64,000 nt of DNA from Piromyces finnis finn (GCA_002104945.1 MCFH01000030.1:186001-250000); one strand, 5' to 3'; shown: positions 44,193-55,779, numbered from the stretch's first letter. Translations and numbers: made by a program. Notes: a model not told the origin generated them from the letters alone.

Positions 44193-45452
44193 TTAGTTGA
44201 TCAATGCATCAAAATTAAAATATTGATTAATATCATTCGAGTTTATAGAAGATGTAAAATTATCATTTACTGAATATAAATTATGAAAAGCTTTATTATT
44301 ATTTGATAAATTAGTGCTGGTATTATAATAGATGCAAGGATTTTCTTCTCTTTTTCTTTTATGGTTACTATTTAGATTTTGAGAAAAAGAAGAAGTAGTA
44401 GTAGTAGTACATCTAAATTTTTCTTTTTTGTCCCTATTTAAAAAACAAGCGTCACAGTATTTTTCTTGAGCATTAGGTTTACTCTCTTTTTGAGTATTTA
44501 ATGAAAGCAATTCTAATGAAGGGTAGTAATATATGTTTTGTCGCTGTTCATTATTGTTTTGATTGCTACTACTTTTTTTCTTGCCTTTTCTTTTGCGACT
44601 ATTTGAATTTTTACTATTTTTTTCATTTTCAAAGTTTTTAATAATATTAGCAATAACTATTTCATCTATATTTAAATTGGAATTATTAGTTTTAGTCACT
44701 TTCTTTTCATCGATAGAATAAAAATTTAATCCAAAAAGAAAAAAAGGTTTAAACTCTTGTGTTTTACTGGTTGCTTTATATTCTTCAAAAAAACTATTCA
44801 TATAATAACAGAGGTTATTCTCATTTCCTATGATAAAATCATAAAAGCTAAATTTAATTTCAGAATACCTATTCTCACATAATTTTTTGTTTGATATTAA
44901 AGTAAAGAAATCCGATATTTTTTCTGCTTTTTTCGTATTTTTAGAAACAATAATAAAACAATAAAGTTGAACTTTACCTTTTTTACTTTTATTATTACTT
45001 AAACCAAACTGGATTTCATGATTCTGAAAATAGGGTTCATAAGGTGTATTTTTTATATTAAAAATTATGATTTCAGGGTTTAATTTTTTTTCCATTTCAT
45101 CCTTCATATCTCTTACTTGTTTACATTTAGCTGAAAAACCATTTATTAATACAATATATAAAAGTTTATCCTTGGGTATATCTTTAAAGATAAATTTCAT
45201 TTTACCTTTTTTTCCTTTAATTAACATTTTTATAAAACGGTTTTCATTATTCAAACTATTAATATTAGTAATATTTTTACGTATGTTAAAAAGATTAAAA
45301 ATCTTTTGTAATTGATCAATATGCATAGGATCATTAAATTTATTTTTCACCCAGTTCCAACAAAAGATTTGGTTATCAGGATCAGAGCCTTTAGAATTAA
45401 CAATATAATTTAATATTGAATTTTGTATTTGATTTATTTTATCATTATCCAT
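44193..45452 (-). CDS. Hypothetical protein, 419 aa, intronless; paralogue of 45892-47145
   Basis: Long ORF with complex amino-acid content sharing ordered blocks with the neighbouring ORF (LYIVLINGFSAKCKQVRDMKDEM; LYCFIIVSK; ISDFFTLISNKKL; FYDFIIGNENNLCYYMNSFFEEY; FKPFFLFGLNFY). Confidence 0.75.
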   Translation of the reverse strand: MDNDKINQIQNSILNYIVNSKGSDPDNQIFCWNWVKNKFNDPMHIDQLQKIFNLFNIRKNITNINSLNNENRFIKMLIKGKKGKMKFIFKDIPKDKLLYIVLINGFSAKCKQVRDMKDEMEKKLNPEIIIFNIKNTPYEPYFQNHEIQFGLSNNKSKKGKVQLYCFIIVSKNTKKAEKISDFFTLISNKKLCENRYSEIKFSFYDFIIGNENNLCYYMNSFFEEYKATSKTQEFKPFFLFGLNFYSIDEKKVTKTNNSNLNIDEIVIANIIKNFENEKNSKNSNSRKRKGKKKSSSNQNNNEQRQNIYYYPSLELLSLNTQKESKPNAQEKYCDACFLNRDKKEKFRCTTTTTSSFSQNLNSNHKRKREENPCIYYNTSTNLSNNNKAFHNLYSVNDNFTSSINSNDINQYFNFDALIN

Positions 45453-45891
45453 ATTAATATAAATTTTGTTTTCTAAAATTACTTTTTTTTTAAAAAATAA
45501 AAAAAAAAAAAAAAAAAAAGAAAATAGTCCATTTAAATACTAAATGAAAAATTCTTCAAATTTATGAAATGCCTTTTTTAAATATAAAAAATTATGTCTC
45601 TAGATATATATTTATTTCATTATTCTATCTCATTTATTTTTTATTTGTTTTATGGTTCCAATTTTTTAATAAAATGAAATAGAAAAATTTTTAAAAATCC
45701 AAAATTTAACATTGATTTGATGGGATAGATAAAATTTTTTTTACTATGACCAATATTATATATATAAACGAAATTTTTAATTAAATTTAGAATAGATTAG
45801 ATTTTAATAAAAGTTTTATTTCACCACTATTAAAAAAAAAAAAACTTTTATTTGTTGTTTATTATTATTCTTAGTGTTACAATTATAGAGA

Positions 45892-47145
45892 TTAATGATT
45901 ATAATAATTATTAGTATTATTGTTATCATTATTATCATTAATATCCTTTCTAATATTAAATCTTTTATTAGTTTGATAAATATTATTTAAGGTATTCAAT
46001 GCATTATATAAAACCTGATTCTGTGATTCAATCAACCGATTTTGAAGATAAAGATTTTTATCAATATTAAATGAACCATCTAATTTCCCTTTTTCCCTTA
46101 ATGGATTAAAAGGAATAAAAACATTGGTTTTTGGGTAAGTATTTAACTCTTCTTTATTACTCTTTTTTTCGATATTTTTATCTAAGAAGTCAATAAAATC
46201 TGTATAATTTTTATATTCTGCATTATTATTTTTTTTCTTATTCTTTTTATTTAAATAATCTATAGTCAAATTTTCTCTCTCTTTAAAATTAATACTATTG
46301 ATTTCATTTTTTCTTTTATTGGAATATGACTTTGATGATTCATAAAAATTTAATCTAAATAAAAAATATTCTTTAAATCTTGGAGATTCATAATGATTAT
46401 TATATTCCTTAAATAATGAATCCATATAATATTGTATATCATTTTCTTTACATAACATAAAATCCATTAAATTAAAGTCTATAATAGAGTGATTTCTCTT
46501 GTATAGCTTTTTTGTAGATACAAAAGAGAAAAAGTCAGAAATTATAAAAGGAATTTCTAATTTTTTTGCTTTAAAGTCATTTTTGGAAATCGAAATAAAA
46601 CAATAAATTCTATTATGCTTATGTTCTTCCATTCCTATTTTTTTATTTAATTTAAATTCACTTATCGAATATTTGGAATCCTTAGTCATTTCATTGCCAA
46701 ATTCAGTTATATTAAAGACATCAAATTTAAGCTCTATATTTTTTATTCTCATTTCTTTTTTCATGTCACATACTCTTTTACATCTTTTAGAAAAACCTGT
46801 TATCGATACAATATACAAATCTTTATCATTTGACATAGCTTTAAATAGAAAATTTGAATTATTATTGTATTCTTGGACAGGAACAAACTTAATAAAACCT
46901 TCTTCATTATTGTCTCCATTAATTTTTATTTCCTTAAAAATCTTTCTATAAACATTAAATCGTCTATAAATATTTGTCAAATGCTCAGCATAGGCATAGT
47001 TATTTCCTTTCCTTTTATTTTTAATACTTTTATTCTTTACGTAGCAGCAATCCGGATTGCGGTTTAGCTCATATTCTTCAAAAGTAAAGATATAATTAGT
47101 TGTAGATTCAATAAATATTTTTTTAAGGTCTTTGTCTTCAATCAT
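45892..47145 (-). CDS. Hypothetical protein, 417 aa, intronless; paralogue of 44193-45452
   Basis: Shared blocks LYIVSITGFSKRCKRVCDMKKEM; IYCFISISK; ISDFFSFVSTKKL; LMDFMLCKENDIQYYMDSLFKEY; FKEYFLFRLNFY. Confidence 0.75.
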   Translation of the reverse strand: MIEDKDLKKIFIESTTNYIFTFEEYELNRNPDCCYVKNKSIKNKRKGNNYAYAEHLTNIYRRFNVYRKIFKEIKINGDNNEEGFIKFVPVQEYNNNSNFLFKAMSNDKDLYIVSITGFSKRCKRVCDMKKEMRIKNIELKFDVFNITEFGNEMTKDSKYSISEFKLNKKIGMEEHKHNRIYCFISISKNDFKAKKLEIPFIISDFFSFVSTKKLYKRNHSIIDFNLMDFMLCKENDIQYYMDSLFKEYNNHYESPRFKEYFLFRLNFYESSKSYSNKRKNEINSINFKERENLTIDYLNKKNKKKNNNAEYKNYTDFIDFLDKNIEKKSNKEELNTYPKTNVFIPFNPLREKGKLDGSFNIDKNLYLQNRLIESQNQVLYNALNTLNNIYQTNKRFNIRKDINDNNDNNNTNNYYNH

Positions 47146-47270
47146 TTTTTTTTTATTGTAAATGCTTATTTATTTTATTAGTATGGATATAAAAAAGAAA
47201 AATATTTATTTTGTTTAAATACTTTTTTAACCAAAAAGGATGTGACTAAATTAATATTAAATAAATTTTA

Positions 47271-47325
47271 ATGTCTAAAATAATAATAAATTTAAATGTC
47301 TAAAATAATAATATTATTTAGACAT
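47271..47325. repeat. Direct plus inverted repeat of ATGTCTAAA upstream of the 417-aa gene
   Basis: ATGTCTAAAATAATAATA at 47271-47288 and 47296-47313; inverted TTTAGACAT at 47317-47325. Confidence 0.7.
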
Positions 47326-47569
47326 AAAATTATCTCCTTTTTTTATTTAAACATTATTATTAATAAAAATAAAATTATTTTAAATTAAATATAATAATGC
47401 TAATAAAAAAGGTTATAGCCATTATTATTTTTTTTATTAGTATTATAAATTAAAATAAAATCAAATAATATCTATAACCTGTCATATTTTTATTTTTGTA
47501 TAAAAATAGTAAAAAGAACAATTAATATTTATGTATTATTTTTATTTTATTATATTTTATTTTTTAATT

Positions 47570-47817
47570 ACATCTCCATTTCTAATCATTAGTGTAAAAA
47601 AACGATAATTTATAAGTCTTTTTTTTTTTTATTATTATAATTAACTAGTGAAGATAATTGTCTTGAATTTTAATAGATAATCTTACATTTTCAAATTGGA
47701 CAGGTATTTCTTAATAATTAATTATAGATTCAATAATAATTTTTTTAAGGTTTTTGTACGGATATAAAAAGAAAAAATTGTTTTATTTAAATATTTTTTT
47801 AATGAAAAAAGGGTATG
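47570..47817 (-). pseudogene. Internally deleted, stop-containing third copy of the 44193/45892 family
   Basis: The minus strand at 47757-47700 reads KNLKKIIIESIINY*EIPVQ, versus KDLKKIFIESTTNY...FVPVQ in the intact gene. 47755-47817 also matches the upstream region 47180-47245 (GTA[C/T]GGATATAAAAA..GAAAA...TTTAAATA.TTTTTTAA..AAAAAGG). Confidence 0.65.
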
Positions 47818-48659
47818 TTCAAGTATTGCATATTTAATTATAAATAAATAAATAAATAATAAATTAGACATTAAAAAAAAAAAGATAATTTTTTGTCACT
47901 TAATTTAATAATAAATGAAAAAAAAATAAATATTAATAAGATTTATAATATTGGACAGTAATTAAATTTAATTTTACTTTTTCTTTCTTATTACAAAAAA
48001 ATATTTTTCGTCATATTTTATAATAAAAACATTTTAAATTATATATAACAATAAAAAAAAAATAACGCCTACATATTTTTACTTTTGTAAAGATAAATTT
48101 GATAATTTGAAATGTATATTTTCATATATTTTCATTATTTTTACTTTATACTTGAATACATTATTAAAATAAAAATATGATATTATTTATTTCAATAAAA
48201 TTAATATTACTACTACCATTTGCTACTACTACTACTACTGAAGATAAAAATAAATATAAGAATGATAGCAATAACAATTAATATTAATCTAATGTATTTT
48301 ACTATCAATTAGAGTTAGATTATTTAATATAGAGAAAAAAACCACTTTAAAGAAGTGATTATTAAAAAATAAGATATATTAATATTATTATTAATACTTA
48401 TTTATTTTTTTTTTTTACATTCCAAAATAATTTTAATTTGGGCTTAGACTCACATTCTTCAAAATTATTAATAAAACTAGTTATACATTTAATAATTTGT
48501 TTTTTCAAATTAATCATTATAATATAGAATTATAAAAGCATGAAAAGAAAAAACAATTTATTATAAAAATTCTACACATTGTAAATATCAATTTATTTTA
48601 TTTTTATTTCGAAAATGAGAGATTAAAAATTAACAAAAAAGAATAAAAGTTTTTTTATT

Positions 48660-48830
<171 letters not shown>

Positions 48831-49190
48831 GTTAGAATATTTGAAATAAGCCTTAAATATATAATAATGTATTGTATTATAAATTGTATAAGCCACAAAG
48901 TATCGGTTATAAATTTATCATTAAAATATTTTAAATTTATATAGAATAAAATTTAATAATAAAGAAATATTATAAGAATAATAAAATTTCACAATAATCG
49001 ACAGATATTTAAAAATATTTAAGTTCAATTTTAAAAAATTTAAATCATAAAATTAATGTAAATTCTGTTCAAGAAATAACCAAAAAAAAAAAAAAAGAAA
49101 AAAAAAATTTTTTTAACTATTTATTAAAATATTATTAATATTCTATTTCAATAACAATAATTGTAAAGAAGTTGAATAAATCAATTTAAC

Positions 49191-49589
49191 ATGGCGACAG
49201 TAATATTAGGAGGAGCAATATTAGGTTCAGAATTAGTCGCTGCCGTTGTTGAAGTTGGTGTTGTTGTTAGTGCAGGTGTGATGCTTCTAAAAGGAGGACA
49301 ATACGTTAGTGCTAAAGTTGGTGAGAAAGTTAAAGAAATTGAAGCCTCAGTTTCCAAGAGAAATAATTACGAAAAATGTTGTTGTGATTACTTAGGACCG
49401 AGTGGAAAACCATGTGTTCATGTCATATTGAAAAAATCAAGAAAAGAAGCAGAAGAAGCGGCTTTACATTATAAAAATGCTGATGGTGTTATGTATCATC
49501 CTCATAACACCAAGGATAAATTTCCTCATTTCCATCCAACCAAAAATGGAAAAAAAATACCGGGTGTACATTTCCAATTTCCAATTTAA
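49191..49589 (+). CDS. 132-aa intronless protein: hydrophobic Gly/Ala/Val N-terminus plus His-rich C-terminal domain (polymorphic-toxin-like, tentative)
   Basis: Clear coding ORF with G+C well above its flanks. The C-terminal domain is SRKEAEEAALHY...YHPH...FPHFHP...KIPGVHFQFP. The CDS itself is well supported; the functional label is inference only. Confidence 0.7.
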   Translation: MATVILGGAILGSELVAAVVEVGVVVSAGVMLLKGGQYVSAKVGEKVKEIEASVSKRNNYEKCCCDYLGPSGKPCVHVILKKSRKEAEEAALHYKNADGVMYHPHNTKDKFPHFHPTKNGKKIPGVHFQFPI

Positions 49590-49860
49590 TATAAAATAGG
49601 ATGATACAAATTAAGAAACCAATCCACAAATAAAACTTTAAAATAATAATTACTGATAAATAAAATAAATGGTTTAAACGTTTAACCACAAAACGTAATA
49701 ATAACAAAATAACAAATATTAAAATAATAACAAAATTTATAATTAAAAATTTATAAGGATAATATAATTTTAAGATAAAATTAATCATTAATAATAATTA
49801 ATAATAATGTAAATATAAATTATAAAATTTTTATATAGTTAATAATAAGTAAATATATTA

Positions 49861-50048
49861 CACATATTCATCGATAAACCATATTATTCTTTCAGAATAA
49901 CTAGGTTTAGGAAGGAATATTAGAATATGTGAAATAAGTCTTAAATATTTAATAATATATTGTATTATAAAAATATATAAGACACAATACATTCATATAT
50001 TAAAGAATGTAACTTAAGGTAATTTAATAATTGTAACTCTTTAATATA
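49861..50048. other. Three consecutive inverted repeats / stem-loops
   Basis: CACATATTC/GAATATGTG (49861-49931) enclosing TAAACC/GGTTTA and TTATTCT/AGAATAA; GTCTTAAATATTT/AAATATATAAGAC (49938-49983, 12 of 13 paired); TATATTAAAGA/TCTTTAATATA (49996-50048, 11 of 11). Confidence 0.55.
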
Positions 50049-50101
50049 AAATATATTAATAAAATTGACATAATTATAAAACCTAAATTACTGACTTCTA
50101 A

Positions 50102-50132
<31 letters not shown>

Positions 50133-51105
50133 ATATTATTAATCCAATAGATGTAACATCCATTTAATTAATTAAAAAAAATTTAATTCTATCAAACACA
50201 ATTGGTAAACTATGTTAAATAAATAGTAATAAAATATTTCGTATATAAAATTTCAATAATATTCCATATTATAAAAAAAATAAAATATATTATCATTATT
50301 ATTTTTATTTTGAATATTTTGTTGAAGGGTTCAATTAAATTCTAGAATTCGTATTATTATATTAATTGATTTTTAATATCTTGTCTATTTTATTATAATT
50401 AAAAATTGAATATCTAGAATTTATATGTTTTAGAAATATAATATATATATAAGTTTTTTTTTTTTTTTTTTTTTTTTTTTCGGAAAACACAATCTTTAGT
50501 TTCTGACTTTTACCTTTCTCAATATTTTTATAATCAAAATTAAATTTATAAATGAAATGATATTTAAATCTGTGAGTTTCATTAATTTATTGTTATTTTC
50601 AAAAAAACTATTATAAAATTATATTTATAACTAAATTTACTTTTAATGATCTTTATTTGATTATTTGTTATTTTATGAATTGTTATTTTATTATTATTAT
50701 ATGTTCATATTTATTTTAATACTTTATACTTTAATTACTATTTCATATCATTTACATACAAATAAAAATATTTATTATATAGATATAATAATTTTTAAAT
50801 TTTATTTTTATTAGAATCTTAATATTAACTATTAAAACTTGTAAATGTTATTTTTTCTATTCTTTCTATTTTTTTTTTTTTTTTTTTTAATATTATATCA
50901 CCTTATTATTAATAATTTATAATTTTCTTTTTATAAAGTAGTAATTAATTTTTTTAAACATCTATTTCATTTTATTATTTTTAATGTGTGTATATACAAA
51001 ATGTTTTTTTTTAATATTTTTTTTTTTTTTTTTTAATATTTCATAAATTATTATTAATCAGTATTTTTAAGAAAAATAATAAATTTTTATTTTTCATCTA
51101 AACAT

Positions 51106-53115
51106 CTAGAAATTCTTATATTGAGTGCATTCGGATGGAACAGTAAAATCATTTGTATATGCTCCTTTTTTAAATGCCTTCTTTGCATTATAACCAAGAC
51201 CTCTTTTTGCAAAACCAACCCAAGCTAAACATTTCATTTTAGTTCTGACTTCTTTACTACCATTAGTACTATCAATAGCTAAAATAAAACTATCACGTGC
51301 TTGTATGAAAGTTGGATTGCATGGCATTAATTTAAAACTTTGTATAACAAAGTTTAATACAAGAAAGTTTGACGGTTTAAAGCTAAGATTTTTATTTGTG
51401 ACTAAATAATCTGGATCATTCTTATAGGCTTCTACAAAATTCCAGAATACTTCATGTAACATAACTGACCAAACTTCAGAACCTAAATAAACATCAGAAT
51501 TTAAATTTGAATATTTTAAATTGTTATATTTGGTATTAGAAGTAATTGGATATTTTCTAGCGCCGTCAATAACATAAGAAAATAAATTGACTAACGTATT
51601 TCTATTTATATTTTCCCTGAATTGCATAGCATCTGCAAAGAAATCACTATATCCTTCATTTAATTGTTGTGCTTCTGTTGTATCATATAAACATTTGGAA
51701 TTACTTGGACCACCAATCATACGATTTGAAACACCATGACTATATTCATGAATAATAATTTGATTATCAAATGCTGGATCTTTTTCTATATTTTTATTTT
51801 TATTATAGAATGGGAAAAGTTTAAGTATTGGTTTAACACCATCTATAGAAACTGACATTTGAGCATTATTTTCACCACTACGATCACTAACTCTTACAAT
51901 TACTGGATCATTTCCTTGTCCTTTACCACTAAAATTAGTAGTTTGAAAATTACCATTAGCTTCATCAAAACCTAATTTGTAAAATATATCATGAAGCATA
52001 TTACATACGTAAAATGCATTTGCTGCTGCAGCGTTTTGATTTTCTTCAACCTTTTTTTTACTATCATTGTAAGTAAATTCAAACATTAAATTCTTTCCTC
52101 CACTAATAGGTTTATTACCACTAATAGAATCATTACCATCTGAATTTTCATAAACTAATACGTTATTACCTCTAGTATCAGTAAAAGATTTATTATTGTT
52201 ATTATGCCAACCTAATGGTGATGATTCTTTATAAAATGGATCCTTATAAGTTACACGTGAATAACTACCAATATTTGGAGAATTTATTGGAACAACACGG
52301 TAAGTTGCATGATTTGTAAGATCTTGGAAGTTAATGATTTGTCTGTTGTCAATACTTATAAAGACAATAATATAATCAGTTTCTAAATCTAATGTAAGTT
52401 CCCAAACTTGTTCGGCCTTATTTTCCTTACTAGCAATGTAAACTTTTCTTGCCAATAATGAATTGTCAAAAGTGAATGGAATACCACTGACAAGTAAATG
52501 CTTATTGATTGATTTTTCTATTTTAATACTGCTAAGGTCAATAGGTTCTTTGGATATATCTAATTGTTCAACTACAATATTTATTGCTTCTGTTAAATCC
52601 ATTGTTGCAACTTTTGAAGCTGAATTAACTATTTCAAGATTATCCCATATTGATACACCTGAAGAAATAATATTACCGGTTAATGTATCTATATTAACAT
52701 TTATAGCACTGTTACGTACTTCAACCCCATTAATTGCTTGGGCCATATGTATTGAGGCAATTGTAGATTCTTCACCATCAATAATATCTGTAAATATATA
52801 CTCGATATTTGGATAATTTTGGTTCATAAATTGTTTTGCAATTTCAGTAGAGTTTAGAAAATTTCTTTTTTCTAAAGCTTCTTTTTCTATTTCAATTACT
52901 ACTGGTTTGCCATCAATATAATCTTCTTCAAAAGAACGTGAATGTAATTCTGGTGAATTTTGAAATTCATATGTATCAAATTTTGTTTCAGGGAATAAAC
53001 TAGAATCTTCTATGTTTAACTTTTTCATAGCATTTTGGATAAAACTATCTTTCTTATATTCGTTAGCAAATACAATGCTTAACATTGAAAGGATTAAAGT
53101 TTTTTTTAACAGCAT
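51106..53115 (-). CDS. Secreted fungalysin metallopeptidase (M36) with FTP propeptide, intronless
   Basis: Signal peptide; FTP-type prodomain (IHMAQAINGVEVRNSAINVNID); SPLGWH, TRGNNV, LFYKLGFDEANGNFQTTNFSGKGQGND, zinc motif IIIHEYSHGVSNRMIGG, NEGYSDFFA, MPCNPTFIQARDSFI, WVGFAKRGLG. Confidence 0.95.
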   Translation of the reverse strand: MLLKKTLILSMLSIVFANEYKKDSFIQNAMKKLNIEDSSLFPETKFDTYEFQNSPELHSRSFEEDYIDGKPVVIEIEKEALEKRNFLNSTEIAKQFMNQNYPNIEYIFTDIIDGEESTIASIHMAQAINGVEVRNSAINVNIDTLTGNIISSGVSIWDNLEIVNSASKVATMDLTEAINIVVEQLDISKEPIDLSSIKIEKSINKHLLVSGIPFTFDNSLLARKVYIASKENKAEQVWELTLDLETDYIIVFISIDNRQIINFQDLTNHATYRVVPINSPNIGSYSRVTYKDPFYKESSPLGWHNNNNKSFTDTRGNNVLVYENSDGNDSISGNKPISGGKNLMFEFTYNDSKKKVEENQNAAAANAFYVCNMLHDIFYKLGFDEANGNFQTTNFSGKGQGNDPVIVRVSDRSGENNAQMSVSIDGVKPILKLFPFYNKNKNIEKDPAFDNQIIIHEYSHGVSNRMIGGPSNSKCLYDTTEAQQLNEGYSDFFADAMQFRENINRNTLVNLFSYVIDGARKYPITSNTKYNNLKYSNLNSDVYLGSEVWSVMLHEVFWNFVEAYKNDPDYLVTNKNLSFKPSNFLVLNFVIQSFKLMPCNPTFIQARDSFILAIDSTNGSKEVRTKMKCLAWVGFAKRGLGYNAKKAFKKGAYTNDFTVPSECTQYKNF

Positions 53116-53940
53116 TTTTATTTTTGTGATTATACTAATATTTATTAATTAATTGTATTTTTTAAATTTTATATTTATTTGATTTGATTGAATAAATATT
53201 AGATATAAATTAATTTTTTAATAATTATTTTTCTTTTTTTCTTTATATATCTTTTCTTTTTATAATAATAATATATTTATATTTTTTTATTATTGCATTT
53301 ATAGCTTATATAAATATAATTAATAATTACTTTTTATTATAATCTTAAAATAAACACCATAATAAAAAATATTTATTTTTTTTTTTTTTTTGTTAAAAGA
53401 AAATTTTAAAGAATAAAATTAATTAAGAGAATTTTTTTAGGTACTTTAATGTTTTTTATAATAAAAATATAAACTATATAAATTAAAATTCAAGAACAAA
53501 ATTTAAAATTTAAAACTGAAAAAGAAAAAAAAAAATTAACAATAGAGTAGTAAAACTTAAATTCATAATATTTTATTCAAGCATTTTGTATATTTAATTG
53601 GATGTTTTAAATGTAATATAAATTTAATAAATTGTATTAATATTAATATATATTAAGCATATCATTATTTATTAACTATTTATTAACTAGATAAATAATT
53701 AATTAAAAAAAATGATTTTAATTATAATTAATAAGTAAAATAAAAATAAATAAAGTTTATTATAGATTAATATTAATTTAACTTTTCGAACAATGTTACA
53801 CAACAATAATGTATCTAATATATAATTAAAACAATTTATAACACAAAATGAATATATTTTTGATATTAATAGAATTTTAATAAATAGTATGATTATAGAT
53901 TAGAATAATATCTAATTTTTTTTTCAGATATTTATAGTAT

Positions 53941-54203
<263 letters not shown>

Positions 54204-54904
54204 CTATCAAGAACATCATGGAAGAAAAAAGAGACAACAAATATTGTTTCAATTTTGACAAAATTTGATATTAATTTTTGATTGATAACATTTATTATTA
54301 AAAAATATTTGATATGAATTTTTAAATATGAAATTGAATATTTTAAAATATAACTAATATGTAGTTAAATATATTAGTTTTATATCAATATCAAGTTTCA
54401 ATTCGAGTAAATAAAATAAAATTTTGAAAATATATAAATAGTTTCTGTTCTATGCATCTTTTTTTTTTTTTTAATCTATAACTATGAATCTCTTTTATTT
54501 TACAATAATTACATCTTTTTTATTGATAAAATTTTATTTAATGTTTTATATTGAGGTGTATTTTTTTTTATATTGAAACTTTCCTATTTATTAAAGTTTT
54601 AACTTAATTTATTATAAAAATATATTAGATTTAAAATAACATCTTAGTAATGTGGAAATTGATTATTAAAATGTATTTGAATTTTTCCATTCATTTTTCT
54701 ACAATCAATAATTTTTTAATTCAAGCCATAAATTTAATATAAGAACTATTTTATCATATATTAATACTAATATTTTAATATATTAGCTAAACTTAATAAT
54801 TGTTTATAATATATGTTCTATATTATATTCATTGAAATATGATATATAAAATCCATTAATATTTATAACTAAATATAAGCCATATTGATTAGTGTCCATT
54901 TGAT

Positions 54905-54948
<44 letters not shown>

Positions 54949-55779
54949 AAATTTAAAAAAAAAAATAAAATAAAATAAATATGATAGGATTTTGTATAAT
55001 TAAATTTAATTTATTTTCTTCGGTTTTTAATAAGTAATGAGATATTAGAAACATTATAACATAAAAGATAATTAACAATATGATATAGAAATAAGAATAA
55101 GATTACGAGAAAAATATTAGGTTCATAAAATAATTATATTCATAAAATAAAATGAAGTGTATTCTTTATTATTAATTATTACAGATTATAGTAATTATTC
55201 TATTAAAAATATTATTTTTCGTTATGAATTGATTGTCTCTTCTTTAAAAAAAAATGTTTATGAAATTTTTAATATATAATTAATATAAAATTATATTAAT
55301 TTAAAATAAATAAAATTATGTATTATAATGTAATATATACAATAATATATACAATAATATATAAAATAAATATTTATTTTTTTCATTTATTATAAATAAA
55401 TAAAAATTTTATTTCTATACCTTTTATTATAACAATAAAATAATAAAAAGCCGTTAATTTTTTTTTTATTATATATATTTTATTAGGGTATTAAATATCG
55501 ATTTAATAAATTTAGAATGCACTAATATTTAAACTGGCGTATAAAATCTAAAAAAAATATCCTTCTTCTTATTAATATATTTGAAATTTTGAAATAAGAA
55601 TTTCAAATGAAAAAAATAAAGGATGATCATTTTTTTTTATTAATTATTTATATAAAGTTTTTATTTATAAAAGGATTTTATTATGTATTAATATTAATTA
55701 AGGGGTATCATATAAATAATTAGAAAAAATTAATTATTATTTATATAAATTATTATTATATTTCAATTATTAAAAATTA

